Below are positions 18,115 to 27,239 of a DNA stretch of 35,867 nt, in pieces. Numbering within the stretch: the stretch's first letter is position 1; the number at the start of each line of letters is the position of its first letter. The stretch is from contig CADBOV010000126.1 in assembly GCA_902796385.1 (NCBI GenBank), forward strand, positions 1 through 35,867. The letters run 5' to 3'. The DNA comes from an uncultured Lachnospiraceae bacterium. Lineage in GTDB: Bacteria > Bacillota > Clostridia > Lachnospirales > Lachnospiraceae. Position numbers and translations under genes: made by a program. The notes under the pieces were generated by a model. The model saw only the letters and a program-made list of their open reading frames with translations, was not told the DNA's origin and searched no databases.

Positions 18115-19155
18115 TTACAGGATCTTCAGGAGCTCCTCTCTTACGGAATCCATATGCTCATCCTGGATACCGTAATCCATTTCCTTGTAGCTCCATGCTG
18201 CACGGGCGATGTTGTACCGGTCCATGCAGCTTGTGAACATCTGATACCACTTCAGGCTGTCTTCCGGATTGGCACGATCGATCACGCCGTACTCTCCGCA
18301 GTAAAGCGGAACATTTCGCTCCTCAGCCACCTGAACGGCTTCTGCCACCAGACGCTCAAAGAATTTCACGCCCATCTTTTCTTCCGGATCAAGTCCCTGC
18401 AGGGTCATGATCTCAAAGCCCTTGTACATATCGATCTGAAGCTGGGAATACTTCATGTAGGTACCGTAGGAAACATCCAGCGGCATCCGGAACTCCGTAT
18501 CCATTCCTTCAACCCAGTACGCACCCTGATGGGTAAAGATCAGGGGTTCATAGCAGTGGAAGGTGTAAACGATCTTGTCATCCACCGGAGGCGCGATATC
18601 CTTCAGTGCCATGATACTGTTATTGAAATATCCTCCGATGATGATCCGGATATCCGGAGCAATGGCGCGGATCCGCTTCACACAGTTTACGGAAATGCGG
18701 TTCCATGCATCGGAATATTCCTTTTCGGTTACTTCATTCAGCAGTTCAAATACCAGGCGGTCCGAGTATTTTCCGAACCGGGTTGCGAACTGTTCCCACA
18801 GACGGTAGAAGCGCTCCTGGAACTCTTCGTCTTCGAAGAATCCGTCCTCTTTCTCTCCGCTGTCAAAGGAAAATCCATACGTCTTATGAAGATCCAGGAT
18901 CATGTTCAGACCGTATTCACCGCACCAGTCGATGGCCTTCTGCAGCCGCTCGAAACCAGCCTCGATGTAAGTTCCGTCCTTTTCTTCCACCAGATTATAA
19001 TCCACCGGAATACGAACGTGGTCCATGCCCCAGCCGCTGATCTTCTCAATGTCGGCCTTTACGATAAAGTTGTCATATCTTTCCTGCGTGTGATCGCACT
19101 GGGAGAGCCAGCCTCCCAGATTGATCCCATGCTGATATCCGTCAAATGTCCTCAT
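18115..19155 (-). CDS. Glycoside hydrolase family 5, cytoplasmic CelC-like (copy 2)
   Basis: GINLGGWLSQC, DHVRIPVDY, FELLNEV, YTFHCYEP, YCGEYG, WSY. No signal peptide. GGGAG RBS. Confidence 0.94.
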   Translation of the reverse strand: MRTFDGYQHGINLGGWLSQCDHTQERYDNFIVKADIEKISGWGMDHVRIPVDYNLVEEKDGTYIEAGFERLQKAIDWCGEYGLNMILDLHKTYGFSFDSGEKEDGFFEDEEFQERFYRLWEQFATRFGKYSDRLVFELLNEVTEKEYSDAWNRISVNCVKRIRAIAPDIRIIIGGYFNNSIMALKDIAPPVDDKIVYTFHCYEPLIFTHQGAYWVEGMDTEFRMPLDVSYGTYMKYSQLQIDMYKGFEIMTLQGLDPEEKMGVKFFERLVAEAVQVAEERNVPLYCGEYGVIDRANPEDSLKWYQMFTSCMDRYNIARAAWSYKEMDYGIQDEHMDSVREELLKIL

Positions 19156-19191
19156 ATTTGTCTCCCTCTTTCTCCTAAATTTGGGGGAATC

Positions 19192-20664
19192 TTACTCAGC
19201 GAGTTCAAGTCTTACATTCTTGATATGAATGGTACCTGTGCTGTTCTGCTTACCCATATTAAACTCGACACGTCCTGCGTCATCATCCTTCTCCTTCATT
19301 TCAAATGTGAAGGAGTAGTTCTGCCAGTCACTTCCGAGATCCACGGAGGTATCCGGGAAGTAGCGGATCCAGTCAACGTTCGGAGCTGTTACCGCAGCCT
19401 TCATCTGCCGGTCTTCCTCTGCGTATGCGTCAAAGGAGAACTTATAGGTCTTGCCGTTCATCATCGGCATTCCCGGCTGTACCAGCTGGATGGAATACTC
19501 TTCCGTTCCGAAGTTTTCTGTCTTGATGATGATCTCTCCGTCCTTGATCTCTGCGGAGCCCTTGCCGTCATTCAGCTGCAGGAACTTCCAGTTCTCATCA
19601 TCATTCAGATCCTCTGCCTCAGAGAAATCACTGTTGCTTACGAAGTTTCCGGTTTCATCCGCTTCCTTGAAGGATACTTCGTGAACCGGCTTTGTTACAT
19701 TTTCATCATAGGAATCCATCTGGAACATGCGGACATAATCAACACGCATGGATCCGCGCTCATCGAACGGAGTGCTGTCATCCGGATCTCCCGGCCAGTC
19801 ACCGCCGACTGCGACATTCAGGATTACATGGAACGGCTGGTTGAACGGTGCGGGATATGCCTTCTCCTCTTCACCTTCCACTGCCGTGAACCAGTCATTT
19901 GTCTCAAAATACATCTGACCGTCTACATACCAGCGCATCACGCCCGGCTGCCACTCCAGTGCAAATACATGATAATCATCTGCAAATGTACCGGAAGACA
20001 GTGTGTAGCTTCCCTGGTTCTGCTTGTGGGGCTCTCCGTAATGGAGTGTTCCGTAGTTCATGGTCGTGCTGTTTCCAAGTACTTCCATGATGTCGATCTC
20101 ACCGCACTTGGGCCACTGTCCATAGTAGCTCTCATCCTGCGGCATCATCCAGAATGCGGGGAGGAATCCCTTTCCTTCCGGAACCTTCAGTCTTGCTTCG
20201 ATCCATCCGTACTTGATGTCATGCTTGTTCTGGGTATTTACACGACCGGATGTATAATGAGCCTTTCCGGATTCATCCACTTCTTTGGTGGGCTGGATCA
20301 CCAGTTCACCGTCCTTAACGTATGCATACTGATCGCTGGCCACATACTCCTGCAGCTCGTGGTTAACCCAGCCGACCTCATGCGTCTCATAGTTCCAATC
20401 AGCATCGGAAAGCTTATCTCCGTCGAATTCATCGTTCCATACAAGATGATATCCTTCCGGAGCCTTGATATCCGCATCCGTTTTCTGCTCTGTTGCGCCT
20501 TCTGTAGCAGCTTCTGTCTTTGCCTCTGTTCCGGCTTCTGTCTTTACTTCACTTTTTGCTTCGGTCTTGGCATCTGTTTTGGATTCTTCCTTCCCGCAGC
20601 CTGTGAGAAGAAGACCCATAGCAGCCGTACAAAGTAATGTCTTAACAAATCTCTTTGCTCTCAT
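19192..20664 (-). CDS. GH16 beta-1,3(4)-glucanase/laminarinase lipoprotein with C-terminal CBM4/9-like module
   Basis: Lipobox LTGC, KTEA-repeat linker, LVWNDEFDG, PAFWMM, WPKCGEIDIME (GH16 catalytic ExDxxE), ILNVAVGGDWPG, then NSDFS...IQLVQ...YKFSFDA...I.IKNVRL (CBM4-like). AGGAGG RBS. Confidence 0.94.
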   Translation of the reverse strand: MRAKRFVKTLLCTAAMGLLLTGCGKEESKTDAKTEAKSEVKTEAGTEAKTEAATEGATEQKTDADIKAPEGYHLVWNDEFDGDKLSDADWNYETHEVGWVNHELQEYVASDQYAYVKDGELVIQPTKEVDESGKAHYTSGRVNTQNKHDIKYGWIEARLKVPEGKGFLPAFWMMPQDESYYGQWPKCGEIDIMEVLGNSTTMNYGTLHYGEPHKQNQGSYTLSSGTFADDYHVFALEWQPGVMRWYVDGQMYFETNDWFTAVEGEEEKAYPAPFNQPFHVILNVAVGGDWPGDPDDSTPFDERGSMRVDYVRMFQMDSYDENVTKPVHEVSFKEADETGNFVSNSDFSEAEDLNDDENWKFLQLNDGKGSAEIKDGEIIIKTENFGTEEYSIQLVQPGMPMMNGKTYKFSFDAYAEEDRQMKAAVTAPNVDWIRYFPDTSVDLGSDWQNYSFTFEMKEKDDDAGRVEFNMGKQNSTGTIHIKNVRLELAE

Positions 20665-20717
20665 ATGCTCCTCCTGATCATTTTTTTTTACGTCTTTTAC
20701 TCTATTCTGATCATATC

Positions 20718-20752
20718 AAAAAGCGGAAAAACTCTATATCGTTTTTCCGCTT
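20718..20752 (-). terminator. Intrinsic terminator after the GNAT gene
   Basis: 12-bp perfect stem aagcggaaaaac/gtttttccgctt with an 8-nt loop, followed by T residues on the minus strand, just after the stop at 20763. Confidence 0.75.
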
Positions 20753-20762
20753 GATTTATCAT

Positions 20763-21404
20763 TTACATGAACTGAATTTTACATTTTTCTTCATACTCTT
20801 CTTTGGAGATTTCATAGCATAGAAATTCCTGATCAAACATCTCACACTCGCCCACTACATGAAAGCCAAAAGCCGCATAGGACCGGATTGCTTTCACGTT
20901 ATGCCGGTTCACAAGAAAATGGATGCTCTTCTTTCCTCTCCGGAACCATTCTCTCATTCCGAAATCCAGCAGGATCCTTGCAAGTCCCCGGTTCTGCATA
21001 TCCCGGCGTACCGCAAGCCGTGCCAGCTCGCCTCCGGGAGCGATCGCAGGATCCCAGCAGTCCAGCCGGTTCACATCCTCATCTTCATCCAGCGAAACCG
21101 CGGCAAGGATCTTTCTTTTATCTTTCTCCTCTTCCTTGTCCTTCTCTTTCCCTTTGTCCTGCTCTTCTTTCTTTTCTTTCTCCTTCATGACATAAAGTGC
21201 GTCTCTGGACAGGTCGAAATCAATGGTTTCATTCCCCGGATACTCATCACTCCACGGGCAGTATTCCTTTCCCTTCTGCTCCTGATAAAGCGCCAGCACC
21301 TGATCCCTGTCCGCTTCCGTTGCCGGGAGGATTTCATATTCTGTCCGGTCCTGCTCTTCCTTTTTTCTTTCCGTAGTTTCCTGCTTCATCCGTCTCTTTT
21401 CCAC
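20763..21404 (-). CDS. GNAT-family N-acetyltransferase with a K/E-rich loop insertion
   Basis: ELARLAVRRDMQNRGLARILL (motif A) and N.KAIRSYAAFGF. Start codon uncertain (GTG 21404 or ATG 21389). Confidence 0.87.
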   Translation of the reverse strand: MEKRRMKQETTERKKEEQDRTEYEILPATEADRDQVLALYQEQKGKEYCPWSDEYPGNETIDFDLSRDALYVMKEKEKKEEQDKGKEKDKEEEKDKRKILAAVSLDEDEDVNRLDCWDPAIAPGGELARLAVRRDMQNRGLARILLDFGMREWFRRGKKSIHFLVNRHNVKAIRSYAAFGFHVVGECEMFDQEFLCYEISKEEYEEKCKIQFM

Positions 21405-21472
21405 CTGTCTTTGTTTCGTCCGTTCCGCCGTATCTGCTTCGTCTGTCTATGTTCCGGTCGTTCCTGCTCTAT

Positions 21473-22120
21473 CTATCCCTTCAACTGGTCTGTGATCGGA
21501 AATGTGAAATAGGTATCCGGATACGGCTCATTTTCAAGCATAAAATGCCACCACTCACACTCCAGCGGCAGGAATCCGTTCCGTACCATGGCATTTTGCA
21601 GAAGCATCCGGTTCTCGTACTGTTCGTCCGTGATCCCCCGGTAATCCGAATGGGATATCTCACCGAAGAAATCGAAAGGACTTCCCATGTCCACTTCTTT
21701 TCCCGTTCTCATGTCAAGCAGTGTCAGATCCACGGCACTTCCGCGGCTGTGGCTGGACTGCTTGGCGATATATCCGCGGTTGAACAGTTCCTGCTTGTCC
21801 AGATCCGGATAGAAATACTCCTTCATACGGATATCCCGATCCTCGATCCCCCAGTAGACAAAATGCTTCACGGCAGAAGCCGGCCGGTAAGCATCAAATA
21901 CCTTCAGCCGGTATCCTTTCACGATCAACTCGGCACTGGCAGCCTTCAGCGCCCGCGCAGCTTCCTTTGTCAGCAGGGCCACCGGAGCTTCGTAACCGTC
22001 AATCCGTTCACCGATGAAATTGTATGTTGAATGATACCGGATTTCCTGTATGATGTACGGATCATAGTCCGCAAGTACAACGAAATCCGAAGAATCCAAT
22101 GTAATATCCGTTACCCTCAT
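21473..22120 (-). CDS. vanX: D-alanyl-D-alanine dipeptidase (peptidase M15D, VanX/DdpX family)
   Basis: IRYHSTYNFIG, LKVFDAYRP, SSHSRGSAVDLTL (SxHxxGxAxD Zn motif), DMGSPFDFF, EWWHF. Start placed at the ATG at 22120 after GGAAGG. Confidence 0.92.
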   Translation of the reverse strand: MRVTDITLDSSDFVVLADYDPYIIQEIRYHSTYNFIGERIDGYEAPVALLTKEAARALKAASAELIVKGYRLKVFDAYRPASAVKHFVYWGIEDRDIRMKEYFYPDLDKQELFNRGYIAKQSSHSRGSAVDLTLLDMRTGKEVDMGSPFDFFGEISHSDYRGITDEQYENRMLLQNAMVRNGFLPLECEWWHFMLENEPYPDTYFTFPITDQLKG

Positions 22121-22201
22121 TCTGCACCTTCCTTCCTGCCTCATCCCAGCAGCATGATCATAATTCATCCCTTCCGCGCGATCGTTAGTGCCTTCAGGGC
22201 A

Positions 22202-22936
22202 CTACCCCCGCAGCGCGATCGTCAGCTTCACCCGGTCGTGGATACCGGTTTTATCATAAATGCTGGAGATATAATTCTTCACGGTTCCCTCGGATATAAA
22301 CAGCCGGTCCGCGATCTGCCGGTTTGTAAAGCCTTCCACCATGAGCCCGGCGATCTCCTTTTCCCGTTCGGTAAGGGGTTCCACGGGAGCTGCATCATTC
22401 TCCGCGCCATTCCCGTTCCGGTTCCCGGCAAATGCTCCGTTCGCCCCGCCGGCCCCGTTCGCCCCGCCGGCACCATTCGTACCACCGGTTCCATTTGTTC
22501 CGCCGGCCCCACTCCGGGCACTATTATTTACCAGCGTCATAAGGCGCTGCATCACCTTTGCATCCAGCACCGTGGTACCGCCCATGATCTGCCGGATCGC
22601 GCCGAGGATCGCATCCTTCCCGCTGTCCTTTAAAAGATATCCGTCCGCGCCGTTGGAAATGGCCTCCGTAATATTCTGATCATCATAAAATGTAGTCAGC
22701 ACCAGGATCTTGATCTTCGGATACTTCTTCTTCATCTCGCCGATCAGGTCGATCCCGCCCATTCCCTTCATGTTCAGATCCACCAGCGCGATGCCGGGAT
22801 CCACCGATTTAAGAACCTCCAGTGCTTCAACTCCGTCCCTTGCTTTACCGACGATCTCATATCCGTTCATTGACAGAATGATCTCCAGACTGTCCAGCAG
22901 CATGACTTCGTCGTCCACCAAAAGCACCTGCTCCAT
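22202..22936 (-). CDS. NarL/LuxR-family response regulator
   Basis: Receiver (LLVDDE, VDLNM, LTTF, GYLLK) and LuxR HTH (LTEREKEI...GFTNRQIADRLFISEGTVKNYISSIYDK). AAGGAGG RBS. Confidence 0.95.
   Translation of the reverse strand: MEQVLLVDDEVMLLDSLEIILSMNGYEIVGKARDGVEALEVLKSVDPGIALVDLNMKGMGGIDLIGEMKKKYPKIKILVLTTFYDDQNITEAISNGADGYLLKDSGKDAILGAIRQIMGGTTVLDAKVMQRLMTLVNNSARSGAGGTNGTGGTNGAGGANGAGGANGAFAGNRNGNGAENDAAPVEPLTEREKEIAGLMVEGFTNRQIADRLFISEGTVKNYISSIYDKTGIHDRVKLTIALRG
22430..22510. repeat. Intragenic 18-bp repeats encoding G-(A/T)-G-G-(T/A)-N in the regulator linker
   Basis: Translation GAGGTN GTGGTN GAGGAN GAGGAN GAFAGN. Confidence 0.85.
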
Positions 22937-22998
22937 TTTTCTGTCCTCCTTGTGAGGTTTCCTATAACAGTATACTCAGTATACCATTTTCCGGCGTA

Positions 22999-24162
22999 TT
23001 AGTTCACACTTTTTTTCTTCTCCACCGGAAGTTCCACCAGGGAACGGAAACCGTCCTCATTCCGGAATTCGGCGAACCCGCCGCACCGTTTGGAATAGGA
23101 CAGGATCTTCTTCAGGCCGAAGCCCTGCTCCAGCCGGCTGTCCGCAACCGTTTCACTGAAATCACTTTTTCCGTTATCCACTACCGTAAGGCGGATATGT
23201 GCCGAATCCCCGGTCAGCTGTACAAGAAAGCTGTCTGCCCCGCCGTGCTTCACGCCGTTCGTCAGAAACTCCTGAAGAACTCCTGTCAGGAATTCCATAT
23301 GCTCATGTGTGATCTCCATTCCTTCCGGGAAAGGATCCGGCAGAAACCGGCAGCTCCGTTCCGTATCCATCACGAAGTCATCCATGATCCCCTGAAGACC
23401 GGCGATCAGATCCGTCATCGGTACATTTTCACTTTCCTGATCCAGTGTTCTTACCGCCCGGCGTATGGATTCCAGGCTTCCCCGGATCCGTTCGTTGGCA
23501 TCATTCATCTTCTTCCGTGCTTCCTCCGGTTTGGTATCATAAAGCATATCTGCCGCATCCAGCGTCATGATGGCCGCCGTGATCGTGTGACCCACACTGT
23601 TATGGATGTTCCGGCTGATATTCTCCCGCTCCGTAAGGCGCGCATTCCGGTCTGCCAGGAAGCTTTGCTGTGCCAGCTGGCGGTTCATTTTCTTCTCATT
23701 CATTTCACTGACAGATAACGCGCGGAGATGCTCCTGCTCCACTTCTTTTTTCTTCTGTTCTCCGGCGATCAGCTGCTTCATCCGGAAAAGGAGCAGATTT
23801 CCGGCCATGACCAAAAGAACCGGAAGCATTTGCTCCGCTATGAAATGTCCCGTCAGTTCCTCCCCGGAAAACAGGATCACATCCGCCGCATACAGTATCC
23901 CCGGGACAACCGTCAGAAGAACCGGATTTCCCGGCCAGAGTGTTGTGAACACCAGGAACCCACTCCAGGAGCCGGACAGAAACGCAAAGGCAAGACAGAA
24001 CGCCGCCTTCAGATAACGGAGACGGAAGCCCAGGAAGTCCGCTGTCTCAACAACGACAAAAAGCCCGGCTGCCATGACCAGCAGTACGGGATTTTTTGCC
24101 GTGAATACATTCAGAAGACACAGGCATATGATGATGCAGTTGTCTGTCATCGCGTATATCAT
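22999..24162 (-). CDS. Membrane sensor histidine kinase, HisKA_3 (NarX/DesK) type
   Basis: Several N-terminal TM helices, ERENISRNIHNSVGH (H-box), LQEFLTNGVKH (N-box), VVDNG and GFGLKKI (G-boxes). Confidence 0.92.
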   Translation of the reverse strand: MIYAMTDNCIIICLCLLNVFTAKNPVLLVMAAGLFVVVETADFLGFRLRYLKAAFCLAFAFLSGSWSGFLVFTTLWPGNPVLLTVVPGILYAADVILFSGEELTGHFIAEQMLPVLLVMAGNLLLFRMKQLIAGEQKKKEVEQEHLRALSVSEMNEKKMNRQLAQQSFLADRNARLTERENISRNIHNSVGHTITAAIMTLDAADMLYDTKPEEARKKMNDANERIRGSLESIRRAVRTLDQESENVPMTDLIAGLQGIMDDFVMDTERSCRFLPDPFPEGMEITHEHMEFLTGVLQEFLTNGVKHGGADSFLVQLTGDSAHIRLTVVDNGKSDFSETVADSRLEQGFGLKKILSYSKRCGGFAEFRNEDGFRSLVELPVEKKKSVN

Positions 24163-24229
24163 CTTAATCGGTCCGCCATTTTATTCTCATAATACTTATC
24201 CTACCAAGAGGAACCTGCAACCGCAAGTG

Positions 24230-25321
24230 TCAGAATTCCGTTACATCCGCCTTTCCCATCCGGATCCCCTTGGAAAGGATCATGGGCAGCAGAACCGTTG
24301 CATTTGAGATCAGAAATCCGATCAGCCCCAGCCCGGAAAAATACGGCAGGTATCTTCCGCCCGGTATATAGTAGAGTTCATTCAGCAGAAATGTTGCAAG
24401 GAAGCAGACACCTGCTCCGACCAGAACGGCGATCAGGTCCATGAGAAGCATCTCGGAGGCACATTTCCGGAAAATGCCGCCGCGGGAAATCCCCAGGGCC
24501 CGGTATACGCCGAATTCATAGGTCCGCCGGATGTACTGGCCGTTCACAACGGAATTCACTGTGACGGCAAGGATCACCGAAAGAATGATGATGCCAACCG
24601 TGAAGATCAGGTACATGGGTGTCAGCTGGTTTTCTATCATGACCTTGGACCGTTCGGACAGCTTCACCTTCCGGTTTCCGATCAGCTTCGTCAGATAATT
24701 ATACAGCTCATCCCCTTCCATTTCGTCGCTGTAGACGTAGGTACGGAAATTATTATCCGATTCCACCAGATAAAATGTGGAATAGGTATTTCCGTCAATG
24801 ATCGCATCCAGTGTATACGAGGAATCAATCGTCTTATCCACCGTCCGGTCCACCGTATCTCCCAGCTTAAGTCCTTTGTTGTCCGCAAGACCCTTGCCGA
24901 TGACCATACTGTGGTCCTTCACCTTGGAAAGATCCGCCTTGATCCCCAGCACGCTGAATGCCGTCTCCATATCCTCCCGGGAATTGAAGACCATATAGTG
25001 TCCTCCGATCGCAAACCCCATGGTGGACATCCAGTCCATCCCGCCAAAGCCGTAGCCGGAGCGGTCCAGCCATTTCAGCTTCGGATCCTTCTTTATTTCT
25101 TCCCGGACCTGATAATACTCCTTGTAATCCTCATCCGTCGGAAGACAATTGATCGTTGCGATCTTTTCTTCATAATCAAGAGATTCCTTCCAGTACCACT
25201 CAATGCTCTTCACGTAGTTTCCTGCCACAAAGAGCAGGGTTGTGAAGAAAAGCATGAAAATGATCAGCAGTGCGCGACCCTTGTTATTCCTTATATAGTA
25301 GATTGAAGAAAGCGGCTTCAT
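24230..25321 (-). CDS. FtsX/MacB-like ABC transporter permease
   Basis: N-terminal TM, extracellular domain, RRTYEFGVYRALGISRG FtsX signature and three C-terminal TMs. Start placed at the ATG at 25321 (MKPLSS) after AAGGAGG. Confidence 0.9.
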   Translation of the reverse strand: MKPLSSIYYIRNNKGRALLIIFMLFFTTLLFVAGNYVKSIEWYWKESLDYEEKIATINCLPTDEDYKEYYQVREEIKKDPKLKWLDRSGYGFGGMDWMSTMGFAIGGHYMVFNSREDMETAFSVLGIKADLSKVKDHSMVIGKGLADNKGLKLGDTVDRTVDKTIDSSYTLDAIIDGNTYSTFYLVESDNNFRTYVYSDEMEGDELYNYLTKLIGNRKVKLSERSKVMIENQLTPMYLIFTVGIIILSVILAVTVNSVVNGQYIRRTYEFGVYRALGISRGGIFRKCASEMLLMDLIAVLVGAGVCFLATFLLNELYYIPGGRYLPYFSGLGLIGFLISNATVLLPMILSKGIRMGKADVTEF

Positions 25322-25332
25322 CTCATTCCTCC

Positions 25333-25995
25333 TTACGCCGTGGCGCTGATCATGCCGTCCCACATTTCCACGGTCATATCCACATCCTTTAAAATGGACC
25401 GGTCATGGGTTACCACGAGCACCAGACGATCCCTGGAATACTCTTTCAGGATGTTCATTACATTAAATGCATTTTCATGGTCAAGGGATGCCGTCGGTTC
25501 GTCCGCGAAGATCACCTTCGGGTCATTGATCATGGCCCTTGCGATGGCAACCCTCTGGCACTGACCGCCGGACAGCTTTGCCGGACGCTTGACGAACTCC
25601 CGCCCGGACAGCCCCAGCTTCCCGAGAAACTCTTTTGCACGCTCCACAGACTCACGACTCCGGTCGGTTGCAGCAACCATCACATTGTCCAGGGCATTCA
25701 TATAAGGAACCAGATAATGCTTCTGGAAAACGAAACCGAACTCCCGGCGGCGCAGGTTCTCACGCTCCGCATCCTTGCAGGCGGTGATCTCGGTTCCGTT
25801 GTAGATCACACTTCCTTCCGTAGGCTTCTTCAGTGTGGAGAGGCAGTACATCAGGGTACTCTTCCCGCTTCCGGAGGGTCCGATGATCCCCACCAGCCCG
25901 GTATCCGGGAGAGTCAGGTCGAATCCGCCCAGTGCATACAGCTGTTCATCTGTATCCGAATCGTAGATCATACAAATATTCTTTATCTCAAACAT
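25333..25995 (-). CDS. ABC transporter ATP-binding protein (LolD/MacB-like)
   Basis: GPSGSGKST, FGFVFQ, LSGGQCQRVAIARA, IFADEPTASLD, VTHD. Confidence 0.96.
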   Translation of the reverse strand: MFEIKNICMIYDSDTDEQLYALGGFDLTLPDTGLVGIIGPSGSGKSTLMYCLSTLKKPTEGSVIYNGTEITACKDAERENLRRREFGFVFQKHYLVPYMNALDNVMVAATDRSRESVERAKEFLGKLGLSGREFVKRPAKLSGGQCQRVAIARAMINDPKVIFADEPTASLDHENAFNVMNILKEYSRDRLVLVVTHDRSILKDVDMTVEMWDGMISATA

Positions 25996-26024
25996 GTTAT
26001 TTCCTTCCTTTCCTCTGCGGTCCT

Positions 26025-27182
26025 TTAGTCTTCGATCCGGTCAATGGTCCGGACATTGTGTACCATGATCAGTATCGGTATCTGCAGCACGCCGACGATG
26101 GCAATAAGTGCAGCTATGATGGAAGCAAAATGCTTCGGATACCACCAGGAAGAAATCAGTCCCTGGGGGTGGATCAGGAGCAGATCCATCAGCCACATTC
26201 CGATGGCCGAACAGATCACGCCCAGAAGGATCCCGCTGCCGAAGATGATCGCCATCTCCCGCATGATCATCCCGTAAACCTCCCGTTTCGAATAACCGAT
26301 CGACGTGTACATACAGTATTCATTCATCCGGTTCCGCATGAAGGAAATGTATGCCACCAGAACGGAAATTGCCAGGAAGATCATAACCACCAGAAGCACC
26401 GCAAATATAACGCCCTCTGTGACATTTTCAACCTCATTCCTGTAGAAGTCCCGGTAACCGTTCACATCATCGATGGTGTCCAGCTCCGAAGTCTTTATCC
26501 CCAGTTCCCCGGCAATCTTCCCGAAATCCGAATGCTCCGTATCCGTCAGGATCACAAAATACCACCCGGTATTGTTGTACTGGTTCGGTGTTCCGATACA
26601 GAACCGAAACTCCGAGGAAAGGGTTCCCACCACCTTGAAGGCCTTTCCGTATCCCCGTTCCAGAAACCAGTCACCGATTGACAGATTGTTATTCTTCATG
26701 ATCACGGTGTCACAGAGGATCTCTCCTGCTCCCGAAGGCATCCGTCCGTCTTCCAGCTTTGCTCCCATATGATCCAGGATTTCGGGAATCACCTCCGGAT
26801 CGACCAGTGGAAATTCATATCCGATCCTTCCCAGCACCGCACTGTAATCTGCATTCAGCACCTGCGTGTAGTATGCATTCCGGACCCCGTCAATCTTCTT
26901 TATCTTTTCCAGCGTGTCATTCCTTGCCTTCTTAACCGCTTCGCTTTGTTCATCCTCCGGGATATTCTCCGTATCCACTCCCAGGGTTTCGGCACTCAGA
27001 TTCGCGTAGGTGATCTTCTTCGGCATCTCCAGACAGACCGGAGCAAAACTCTCATTTGTCACCATCATCAGATAGTTCACCACGTACATTGCCATAAATG
27101 TAAGGCCCAGTGCTATGATCAGAACGAAGCACGTTCGTTTATTATTCCGGATGTATTTCGATGCCGATAGTTGAAATGCCAT
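26025..27182 (-). CDS. FtsX/MacB-like ABC transporter permease
   Basis: KYIRNNKR start and TM, RNRMNEYCMYTSIGYSK FtsX-like signature, C-terminal TMs. AAGGAG RBS. Confidence 0.9.
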   Translation of the reverse strand: MAFQLSASKYIRNNKRTCFVLIIALGLTFMAMYVVNYLMMVTNESFAPVCLEMPKKITYANLSAETLGVDTENIPEDEQSEAVKKARNDTLEKIKKIDGVRNAYYTQVLNADYSAVLGRIGYEFPLVDPEVIPEILDHMGAKLEDGRMPSGAGEILCDTVIMKNNNLSIGDWFLERGYGKAFKVVGTLSSEFRFCIGTPNQYNNTGWYFVILTDTEHSDFGKIAGELGIKTSELDTIDDVNGYRDFYRNEVENVTEGVIFAVLLVVMIFLAISVLVAYISFMRNRMNEYCMYTSIGYSKREVYGMIMREMAIIFGSGILLGVICSAIGMWLMDLLLIHPQGLISSWWYPKHFASIIAALIAIVGVLQIPILIMVHNVRTIDRIED

Positions 27183-27239
27183 CTTAGTCTCCTTCCTCTT
27201 TGTGCAGTCGTTTCCCGCACATTTCCTTTCGTTAGACCA

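Noticed and set aside
5281-18315. Similar DNA stretches near 5281-5310 and 18287-18315 as a template/variable repeat pair
   Set aside because: They are the conserved VPLYCGEYG motif of two GH5 paralogues with mostly synonymous differences; no reverse transcriptase is present.
18154-20637. 827-aa plus-strand ORF
   Set aside because: Antisense shadow of the well-supported GH5 and GH16 genes with no recognisable motifs; explained by codon bias on the coding strand.
21473-22936. vanX plus regulator as a vancomycin-resistance cluster
   Set aside because: No D-Ala-D-Lac/Ser ligase, dehydrogenase or racemase, and the TCS is NarL/HisKA_3 type rather than the OmpR-type VanRS.
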